NCBI GenBank assembly: GCA_043813075.1
Contig: JBDRLL010000012.1
Location: 1-57,532, forward strand
Length of the DNA: 57,532 nucleotides
Source: Candidatus Altiarchaeota archaeon
GTDB taxonomy: Archaea > Altiarchaeota > Altiarchaeia > IMC4 > SCGC-AAA252-I15
Direction of reading: 5' to 3'
Shown: positions 47,118-54,796 of the stretch, one piece after another
Numbering within the stretch: position 1 is the first letter of the stretch
How the letters are laid out: each line of letters starts with the position of its first letter
Program-made: the position numbers and the translations under genes
Notes under the pieces: generated by a model
What the model saw: the letters and a program-made list of their open reading frames with translations, nothing else
The model's database searches: none
What the model was told of the DNA's origin: nothing

Positions 47118-48050
47118 CTAGACGCCTATCCTCATCCTGTATGCTGTGAAGCCCATGTCTTCGATGGCTTCAGCCACCTTATCCTGAAGTCCCACGCCAG
47201 GAGTCAGTGCCTGCATCAATCCGCCGCGCCCGGTTCCAGTTAGTTTCGCTCCAAGAGCTCCAGCATCGCGTGCAGCATCAACAAGGGTGTCTAGTTCATC
47301 ACATGAAACGGTTATCTCCTGCAATAGGCTATGGTTCCGGTTCATGAGTCTCCCGACCTCTGTATAATCCCCGTTAACAAGAGATTCCCTTGCAGAAGTC
47401 ACAACCGCATTATATTCATTGAATATCCTCTCATATCCCACAGGATCAGCATCCTTGTTGGCGCGGACGTCAGCAACAACCTCCTTTGTGCTGGAGGTCA
47501 CGCCTGTGTTGCCCAGTACTATCTCGACCGGCTCAGGCATCCTCAACCGCTCCATAGTGTTCGGGCCGCCCTCAAGATTCTTGACGAACCATATGAGTCC
47601 GCCAAAGACTGCCGCAGTATTGTCTATCCCAGACGGTTTCCCATGGTATCCCTTCTCACCCTCGTATGCTATCTCGTTTATCCTCTCATCGTCATATCCC
47701 AGGTTGAAGTGCTCGTTTAGAGCCCTTGCGATGGCTGCGGCAGATGCTGCGGAAGCCCCAACACCAGAGGCGGCTATTAAGTTCCCTCCGAGAGTCACTT
47801 TTATCGGTGTGTCATCAACGTTTATCCCGCAGGCCGCGAATATCAGCTTGTTTGACTCCAATTGCTCCTCATACTTCTCCTTCTTGTAGCTTGGTGTCGC
47901 AGGCCTTTCGTCGACTAACTCGTATACGTTAGAATCCTCTATCTCTGCCGTAGTTACGTTACCCAAGGCGGATGCGATGGCAGGCATCCCGTAGACGACG
48001 AAATGCTCTCCGAATAGTATGGTCTTCCCGTATCCACTACCTGAACTCAT
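47118..48050 (-). CDS. mvk: Mevalonate kinase
   Basis: GKTILFGEHFVVYG, G.GASAA, E...HG.PSGIDN, GAKLTG.G.GG. Confidence 0.95.
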   Translation of the reverse strand: MSSGSGYGKTILFGEHFVVYGMPAIASALGNVTTAEIEDSNVYELVDERPATPSYKKEKYEEQLESNKLIFAACGINVDDTPIKVTLGGNLIAASGVGASAASAAAIARALNEHFNLGYDDERINEIAYEGEKGYHGKPSGIDNTAAVFGGLIWFVKNLEGGPNTMERLRMPEPVEIVLGNTGVTSSTKEVVADVRANKDADPVGYERIFNEYNAVVTSARESLVNGDYTEVGRLMNRNHSLLQEITVSCDELDTLVDAARDAGALGAKLTGTGRGGLMQALTPGVGLQDKVAEAIEDMGFTAYRMRIGV

Positions 48051-48075
48051 GATGATAAATAGTGAATAATTAATT

Positions 48076-49023
48076 TTAAATCATAACCCTTGCAGGTCCA
48101 GCAACCTTGAGCTCATCATAGCCCACGTTCAACCCACTTAACGCCTCTTTTACCCTGTCTTCTGAGTCGTTGAAAGTGAATACATACACAACCGAGCCTC
48201 CTGCCACATTCCAGAATGCGGGCACGCCTTCGGAACGCATGGACTCCACTGAACTACAAACAGCCTTCATCAAGGGTTTTATGACAGTTAGGCCGACACC
48301 CTCGAATAATCCGTGCACGGTCTTCGCTTCTGACTCCATCAGACAGAGTATGCCTTCAACATCCTCTTTCCGTGATAACTGTTTTAACTCAAGCATTCTG
48401 TCGTTAACCTGACTAATCCTTGAATGGTAATCAGGGTGCTCCACGACCTTAAGGTGCAGTTCATCTGCGGAATACCTATCATAGTCAAAGGGGCATGCGA
48501 GTATCCTCACATCACTGAAGACGCTGTCATCAAGCGCTTGATCAGTGGATATCACGCCATCCTTGTCTATGAAGTACTCGCTCAATCCCCCGTATATGCT
48601 CCTGTAGGCGGTCTCGGATATTCTTCTCGCATGATCCGAAAGTTCGGATTTGCTGAGTCCAAGTCCCAAGAGATGGTTCAATGACGATGAGACTGCAGCA
48701 GCTCCTGAGTCACTGCTGCCCGAGTATATACTATTATTCACTGACTCCACCACTACTCCAGCGTCCATGCCAGACATTGAGATGAATATTGTGGCCAGTT
48801 CATATACTCCTTTAGACCGTGGTCCTGAGGGTGTTCTGCCGTCTATAGTGAACGATGTCGTCTCTGCAAGGGATACTGTGGTTTTGGTGTTTACGCCGCC
48901 GTTGGTGCCTGTCAGAGCCAGGCTGGCGTGACTGTGCATGGAGGTCCTATTACCGTAATCTCTGAATCCTTCTGCGAATATGAGGGGTAATCCAGGGTAG
49001 GCGACTGCAGTGCAAGATTCCAC
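48076..49023 (-). CDS. GHMP protein of the diphosphomevalonate-decarboxylase superfamily, mevalonate-3-kinase-like
   Basis: AYP, SGSSDSGAA, ISETAYRSIYGG, FDYDR, AGGSVVYV match my recollection of Thermoplasmatales mevalonate 3-kinase; lacks the KYWG and DAGPN decarboxylase motifs. Confidence 0.75.
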   Translation of the reverse strand: MESCTAVAYPGLPLIFAEGFRDYGNRTSMHSHASLALTGTNGGVNTKTTVSLAETTSFTIDGRTPSGPRSKGVYELATIFISMSGMDAGVVVESVNNSIYSGSSDSGAAAVSSSLNHLLGLGLSKSELSDHARRISETAYRSIYGGLSEYFIDKDGVISTDQALDDSVFSDVRILACPFDYDRYSADELHLKVVEHPDYHSRISQVNDRMLELKQLSRKEDVEGILCLMESEAKTVHGLFEGVGLTVIKPLMKAVCSSVESMRSEGVPAFWNVAGGSVVYVFTFNDSEDRVKEALSGLNVGYDELKVAGPARVMI

Positions 49024-49053
49024 TTTAGATATTATCCTGTACGGATAATATAT

Positions 49054-49860
49054 TCATATCAGGTTTTCCTCGTATTCCCTCTTGAGCTCGCCGATTATGG
49101 TTGTCTGGGTTATGATTCCAACAAGCTTCTCGTCGTAGTCCAGGATTGGCAGATGCCGGAAATGATACTGGCTCATCAGGTCGGCTGCATGACATATCAC
49201 TATGTCTGGCCGTATGGTTATCATGTCTGTAGACATTATGTCCGAGACTAGTGTCTTCTGTATGTCCTTCTTTTTTGCGACAACATACCGTATGATATCC
49301 CGCTCTGTTAGTATGCCCTCCACACCTTCTGTCGAGACTATTACGATGCCCCCGACCCCCCTCTTACCTGTCGATGATTTTTTCTTTAGCATGTGGTCCA
49401 ATGCCTCGTATATCGTCTTGTCTGACGTGGTTGTAACAACATCTGTCCGCATTATCTCCCCCACGGTCTTGGATGCGTGGGGGCTGTTTATCTCATAGCA
49501 TATGTCTGTTGACGTGAGTATGCCCATTATCTTTCCCTTCTTTACAACAGGCAGTCGTCTGAACTTGTTTTCAAAAAGCAGGTCTATGGCCTTGCCTAGC
49601 GTTGTATCAGGAGCCACGCTTATGACCTTTTTGGTCATTATATCGCATGATTTCAGTTCTGTAAGGTGGTTTCCCTTGTAGAGTTGGTTTACGATATCTG
49701 CCTCGGTTATTATGCCCTTCACCTTATCCTTCTCCACTATCAACACGGAACCCACGTTCTTCTTGTCCATCAGGCAGGCGATGTCGTATACGGGCGTATT
49801 GCATTCTGCAGTGTATATCTTAGAATGCATTATCTCTGAAACCTGCTTGTCAAGGATCAT
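49054..49860 (-). CDS. CBS-domain protein (two CBS pairs)
   Basis: Four repeats with GIIT..D / GILT..D and V..IM motifs. Confidence 0.93.
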   Translation of the reverse strand: MILDKQVSEIMHSKIYTAECNTPVYDIACLMDKKNVGSVLIVEKDKVKGIITEADIVNQLYKGNHLTELKSCDIMTKKVISVAPDTTLGKAIDLLFENKFRRLPVVKKGKIMGILTSTDICYEINSPHASKTVGEIMRTDVVTTTSDKTIYEALDHMLKKKSSTGKRGVGGIVIVSTEGVEGILTERDIIRYVVAKKKDIQKTLVSDIMSTDMITIRPDIVICHAADLMSQYHFRHLPILDYDEKLVGIITQTTIIGELKREYEENLI

Positions 49861-50047
49861 AATACATACTCCGTATCAATGGTTAAAAGAGCAAGGTTTA
49901 ATATAAAAACTATGTTCACATAATTGGTTAATATAATAAATTATTCGACAATATTTTAATGCTTGACATTTATGAACTAACCCCCATACCCCCTTAAAGT
50001 AGTGCGCTTTGGTTTATTAAAAAAAAAACAAGATAGTTAAAGACGAA

Positions 50048-51037
50048 ATGGACGTATATGAGATATTAAATGAAAAGAGCCAGCTCGTGGAGCCCCTACT
50101 TCTTGAATACACCCGGCAAGGAAACCCTAAAATGCAGGAAATGCTGGCACACCCCATAATGGCGGGTGGAAAGAGGATAAGGCCATGCCTCCTGCTGCTT
50201 GCGTGTGAAGCAGTCGGCGGAAACCCTAACAAGGTCCTCAAGGCAGCCGCTTCAGTGGAACTATTACACACTTTCACGCTGATACACGACGACATAATGG
50301 ACCATGACTCTGAACGACGTGGCAGGCCGACAGTGCACTCCTTATGGGGTGAGGAGATGGCCATAATAGTGGGCGACACCATGTATTCCGGGGCGTTTAA
50401 AGCCCTCGTAGAGGTGCGTAATGACGGCATCAATCCTGAGCTTGTGTTGAATGCTGTTGACGCCCTTGTCGAGGCAAACAGCAAGCTTCAGGAGGGTCAG
50501 ATACTTGATATGATGTTCGAGGAGAGGGATGTTGTTAGTGAGGAGGAGTACTTGGACATGGTTATGAAGAAGACTGGATCGCTTATAGAGGCTTCTGTTA
50601 GGATAGGTTCCATACTGGGTGGAGGAAGTGGTGAGGAGTCTTCTTGTCTCAGCACATTTGGGAGGAATACTGGCACCGCATTCCAGATCAAGGATGACTT
50701 GTTGGATATAACGGCAGACCAGAGGGAGTTGGGTAAGCCGGTTGGCAGCGACATTAGGAAGGGCAAGAAGACGTTAATCATGGTGCATGCATTGAATAAT
50801 TCAAATCCAGCACAGAGGGATATCCTCCTAAGGACTCTCGGTAATGAAGACGCCTCAGATGATGATGTTTCAGAAGTATTATGCGTAATGAATGAGACTG
50901 GTTCCATCAAGTTCGCGGAGGATAAGGTTGTGCAGCTGACTGAAGAGGGCAGGGTGGCCCTAGGGAAGCTTGATGACAGTGATGCTAGAAACTCCCTCCT
51001 GAAGATATCAGAATACCTCGTGGAAAGGAGGAATTAG
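50048..51037 (+). CDS. idsA: Geranylgeranyl diphosphate synthase (trans-prenyltransferase)
   Basis: GGKRIRP, FARM FTLIHDDIMD..RRG, GQ..D, KT, SARM FQIKDDLLD. Confidence 0.93.
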   Translation: MDVYEILNEKSQLVEPLLLEYTRQGNPKMQEMLAHPIMAGGKRIRPCLLLLACEAVGGNPNKVLKAAASVELLHTFTLIHDDIMDHDSERRGRPTVHSLWGEEMAIIVGDTMYSGAFKALVEVRNDGINPELVLNAVDALVEANSKLQEGQILDMMFEERDVVSEEEYLDMVMKKTGSLIEASVRIGSILGGGSGEESSCLSTFGRNTGTAFQIKDDLLDITADQRELGKPVGSDIRKGKKTLIMVHALNNSNPAQRDILLRTLGNEDASDDDVSEVLCVMNETGSIKFAEDKVVQLTEEGRVALGKLDDSDARNSLLKISEYLVERRN

Positions 51038-52024
51038 ATGATTAACTCCAGAAAGATAGACCATCTGAGGATATGTGTGGAAGAGGATGTTGAGGCAGGT
51101 GACGCGGGTTTCAGCTCCGTAAATCTTGTCCATAAGGCACTCCCTGAACTGGATTATGATGAGATAGACACAAGAATTCAACTACTGGGCAAGAAGCTGG
51201 GTTTTCCGCTTATCATTGAATCCATGACTGGAGGCACGAAAGAGTCAGAGTCAATAAACAAGGATTTGGCGTTAATAGCCCAGGAGTACGGCATTGGAAT
51301 GGGTTTGGGCAGCCAGAGGGCGGCCATTGAAGACAAGCAGTTGTCTGCGACATATACGGTGAGGGATGTCGCCCCAGACATACTTTTAATCGCTAATCTG
51401 GGTGCCGTCCAGCTAAACCATGAATACTCTGAAAAAGAATGCATGAAAGCCATTGACATGGTAAACGCTGATGCTATCGCACTACACATAAACCCTCTTC
51501 AGGAGATAATACAACCAGAGGGTGATAGGAACTTCAAGGGCCTTATATCAAAGATAAACTCGGTGAAAAAATCATTGAAAAAACCGGTTATACTGAAGGG
51601 TGTTGGAGAGGGGATAAGCCTTGATACCGCCTCTAGAATCACTGTGGATGCTTTCGATGTTGGAGGTGTTGGTGGCACATCATGGAGTCTGGTCGAAAGC
51701 CATAGATTGAATGGTCTTGAAAGTGAGATAGGGATGACGTTCGCCGGATGGGGCATCCCGACTGTCGAGTGCGTTAGGGAATTGAGGAATCTTAAAAAAC
51801 CGCTTATCGCGTCAGGGGGAGTAAGGAGCGGACTTGACGCCGCCAAGGCAATTGCTGTAGGCGCCGATGCGGTGGGCGTTGCCCTTCCGCTTCTAAGGGC
51901 ATACAACAAGCAGGGTCTTGACGGATTGAGGAATTACTTGGACAAGTTTATCTCAGAGTTTAAGGCAGCCATGTTTTTAACCGGATGCATTGACGTGAGG
52001 GCGTTAAAAGGGATTTCTGAGTAG
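51038..52024 (+). CDS. fni: Type 2 isopentenyl-diphosphate delta-isomerase
   Basis: RK.DH, SMTGG, GSQR, ANLG, H.N..QE..QPEGD, GGTSW, SGG.R.G. Confidence 0.96.
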   Translation: MINSRKIDHLRICVEEDVEAGDAGFSSVNLVHKALPELDYDEIDTRIQLLGKKLGFPLIIESMTGGTKESESINKDLALIAQEYGIGMGLGSQRAAIEDKQLSATYTVRDVAPDILLIANLGAVQLNHEYSEKECMKAIDMVNADAIALHINPLQEIIQPEGDRNFKGLISKINSVKKSLKKPVILKGVGEGISLDTASRITVDAFDVGGVGGTSWSLVESHRLNGLESEIGMTFAGWGIPTVECVRELRNLKKPLIASGGVRSGLDAAKAIAVGADAVGVALPLLRAYNKQGLDGLRNYLDKFISEFKAAMFLTGCIDVRALKGISE

Positions 52025-52029
52025 CAGAC

Positions 52030-52248
52030 ATGAATGACATAACACTACAGCTCGGTAAGAATGGTGTTACCCCGAACTTCTTGGATGAAGCCAGATCCAT
52101 GCTGGAAAAACATAAGAAAGTCAGGATCAGGATATTGAAGTCTGCGTTTTCAGGCGGTGACCGGAAACGGATATTCACGGAAATAACGGGGAGGATAGCG
52201 TCTAAGAGCGCTGGTATAAGGGGGAATGTGATAACTCTTGAACTATGA
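52030..52248 (+). CDS. YhbY/CRM RNA-binding protein
   Basis: QLGKNG.T, L..H..V+I+, IRGN motifs. Confidence 0.88.
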   Translation: MNDITLQLGKNGVTPNFLDEARSMLEKHKKVRIRILKSAFSGGDRKRIFTEITGRIASKSAGIRGNVITLEL

Positions 52249-52511
52249 AATCAGAGTCAGAGATAAAGGCTAAATTGGAGAAGTATTTTAAGAACGCTGA
52301 AAAACTCTTTGATGGAGTGAGAGTGGATGACAGCACTCGGATAGATGTTAAAAGAGCGGGTGAGGGCATACTTGAATCGGCGTCAAATTACTATAGTGAT
52401 GCTATGCACTTCTACGAGAACGGGGAGTATTTTAACGCTTTAGCCGCCCTAGAATATGCTGAAGGCTGGCTCGATGCTGGAAAGAGCATCGGTTTGCTGA
52501 CTAAAGACTAA
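52245..52511 (+). CDS. DUF357 domain protein
   Basis: A..Y..DA.HF...G....A.....YA.GWLDA. Confidence 0.9.
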   Translation: MKSESEIKAKLEKYFKNAEKLFDGVRVDDSTRIDVKRAGEGILESASNYYSDAMHFYENGEYFNALAALEYAEGWLDAGKSIGLLTKD

Positions 52512-52676
52512 AGGACTATCAATAAAAACACCATGAACAGTATGCAGGAGAGGTAGAACTCCACCACTTCCACATGATTGATACTTGAAGCCGTCTGTTC
52601 CATATTAGATATCTGTCTGGGGGCTTAATAAGTCAGAGAGTATTTAACCGCCATGGTATTTTAGAGATACTACTAT

Positions 52677-52698
52677 CTTTTTATATGATGACATCATA
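52677..52698 (+). promoter_or_regulatory. TATA-like box overlapped by a perfect palindrome
   Basis: CTTTTTATAT merges into TATGATG-A-CATCATA (52684-52698), about 30 nt upstream of the structured region. Confidence 0.5.
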
Positions 52699-52716
52699 AT
52701 ATGTAATACAAGATAA

Positions 52717-52907
52717 GTGCGGGGTAATCAGATAATTACCTGAAAGGCATTCCATAGAAGGCGGATATAGGACGCCAAAAATCCAATCTCGGTTGGATAC
52801 TCTCAGGAGTGATGTGATGTCAAAAAACCATCATGCTCAGGCAAGGTGGTAAGGGTAATACCCTCTTCGGAGGATGGGCCTAAAAACCCTATCTGACCCT
52901 ATAGCAC
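52717..52907 (+). ncRNA. Putative structured non-coding RNA of unknown family
   Basis: Nested long-range stems plus local hairpins including a C(UUCG)G tetraloop; no ORF; strand inferred from the tetraloop, G-U pairs and the upstream TATA-like box. Confidence 0.55.
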
Positions 52908-52920
52908 CATCAGACTATTT

Positions 52921-54300
52921 CTAGGAAATGCCATTATCAGGAATCTTATTTGTGATGTTGTTTGAGACATACCTAATAAAAGCGTCAGCAGTCTCGGAAA
53001 ACTCTATCCTAGACCGTATTCCAGCCATTCTCCTCAGGATATAACTTGGCCGATAGTAGAATCTCCTATGGGCTTCCAAGTCCACCTCGTATAGTTCACT
53101 GAATGAAAGGCCTTTTGGCACATAATAAAGGTCTTTTACCATTCCGGACATGTAGTCCCTCCACAAATCGTCTGTGGCATATCCCTCAGATAAGGCAGTC
53201 TTGAATAACCGTGTGCCCGGCATTAACTCTGGTAGGCTGAACACCCCATATTCAGGGTCAAGTTCGATTATGAAGCGTAAGGTATCCCGCATCTGGTGAA
53301 TATTCTCGCCTGGAAAGCCGAACATCGCGGATGAGCCTGTCTTAACCCCTATCTTACGGCAATACCTGAATGCATGGCGTATCTCATCATTAGTTATCCT
53401 CTTGCCAGAGTTGAATCTAATCTCCTCGACACCCGACTCTACGCCAAAATATATGAGGAAACACCCGGAATCCTTCATCCTAGAGAGGATGTCATCATCA
53501 ACACAATCAACCCTCGTTAGGCAAGTCCATTTTAGGTTAAGTCTCTCCCGGTCCATCATGTCGCATAGCCCGTACACCCAGTCCTTGTCCAGGGTGAAGA
53601 CACTGTCTGAAAAATCCACTCTACGCACGCCATACTCGTCCCTAAGCAATCTCATTTCATCGAGAACATTTTCACCACACCTATGCCTGACGGTGCAGTG
53701 GGGGTCTGCACAGAATATGCAGTTGAAGGGACATCCCCTCGATGCCATGAGCGTCTTGAAAAGATACTTCCGCATATCCAGCAGATGCCATGCAGGATTA
53801 GGCAGCCCATCCAATCCATCAACGAAGACGGGTTCCGAATAGGTAGTTGAGCCTCCGTCGTTCAACACTAGGCCACCAACTTCGTCAAGTCCTGCATTCC
53901 CAGTTATCAAGTGCTCGCAAAGCCTCAAGAAGGCGTAATCCCCTTCGCCGCGTATCCCATATTCAACACCCATGTCTGAGACAACCTCCGGGACCTCGGT
54001 CACATGCGAACCCCCAAGCACTATCGGGATGTCAAACCGTGATTTGATCAATGCCACTATCAAATACGCTTCTGGAAGCGCGGAGGTCAGGACGTTCACA
54101 CCTATGACCCTAGGCTTCTCGCACTCGATGACTTCAAAAAGTTTTTTAGAGTCAAAACCGACGACGTCAAAATCAAGTATGCGAACGCTAAAACCATTTT
54201 TCTCTAACACCGACGCCATATACGCGAGTCCAAGTGGGCTGTAAGTCCTACCACCGAGGATTATCCTATGCGGCGGATATACTAATAGAACGTCAGACAT
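52921..54300 (-). CDS. B12-binding (class B-like) radical SAM protein
   Basis: PLGLAY, GGSHVT, GEG, SRGCPFNCIFC, GVESG. Confidence 0.93.
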   Translation of the reverse strand: MSDVLLVYPPHRIILGGRTYSPLGLAYMASVLEKNGFSVRILDFDVVGFDSKKLFEVIECEKPRVIGVNVLTSALPEAYLIVALIKSRFDIPIVLGGSHVTEVPEVVSDMGVEYGIRGEGDYAFLRLCEHLITGNAGLDEVGGLVLNDGGSTTYSEPVFVDGLDGLPNPAWHLLDMRKYLFKTLMASRGCPFNCIFCADPHCTVRHRCGENVLDEMRLLRDEYGVRRVDFSDSVFTLDKDWVYGLCDMMDRERLNLKWTCLTRVDCVDDDILSRMKDSGCFLIYFGVESGVEEIRFNSGKRITNDEIRHAFRYCRKIGVKTGSSAMFGFPGENIHQMRDTLRFIIELDPEYGVFSLPELMPGTRLFKTALSEGYATDDLWRDYMSGMVKDLYYVPKGLSFSELYEVDLEAHRRFYYRPSYILRRMAGIRSRIEFSETADAFIRYVSNNITNKIPDNGIS

Positions 54301-54338
54301 GGTTAATTTAAATACGTGTAAACGAATAAAATACCCTC

Positions 54339-54761
54339 ATGGCCCTGGAAGATAAATTAATGAAGATTGATGAGTTAACACCGCGTTCAAAGCGGGTGAA
54401 CCTAGTTTTCAAGGTCATTGAAAAGCAGGAGATAAAGAATGTTCGGTCCAAGAGAGACAGGACGCCCCATGCAGTAACTGAAGCACTAGTGGGTGATGAT
54501 ACGGGATCGATCCTCATAACCCTGTGGGATGAGGACGTTGAGCGGATAGACGTTGGGAAGACATACCACTTGGAGAATGGCTACGTTTCCGTCTTCAAGG
54601 GAACCATACGATTGAACATAGGGAGATATGGGGAAGTTAATGAGGTTGGGGAAGAAATAAAAGTCAACAAGGACAATAATGTTAGCGAAAAGGTGTTCGA
54701 CGAATACCGTCGCCCGAAAGAGTATACTGGACTTGGGTCGGACAGCTACTGGCCTGGTTGA
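54339..54761 (+). CDS. Single OB-fold ssDNA-binding protein (archaeal SSB/RPA-like)
   Basis: LVGDDTGSI..TLW, NGY...F+G...LNIG+YG. Confidence 0.9.
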   Translation: MALEDKLMKIDELTPRSKRVNLVFKVIEKQEIKNVRSKRDRTPHAVTEALVGDDTGSILITLWDEDVERIDVGKTYHLENGYVSVFKGTIRLNIGRYGEVNEVGEEIKVNKDNNVSEKVFDEYRRPKEYTGLGSDSYWPG

Positions 54762-54796
54762 AGACCTTTTTTATTAACACCAATTAATACTATAGC

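Noticed and set aside
48076-49023. Annotation as diphosphomevalonate or phosphomevalonate decarboxylase (mvaD)
   Set aside because: The catalytic Asp and Lys motifs are missing; the sequence fits the 3-kinase subgroup better.
52508-52603. 31-codon minus-strand ORF MEQTASSINHVEVVEFYLSCILFMVFLLIVL
   Set aside because: Plausible micro membrane peptide, but there is no RBS or homology evidence.
52545-52770. RNase P RNA-like words (AGAAGGCGGATATAG at ~52756; GAGGTAGAACTCCACC upstream)
   Set aside because: No proper GAGGAA.(G/C)UCC CR-I, the putative P4 strands mismatch, and the intervening DNA is AT-rich. Not called without a covariance search.
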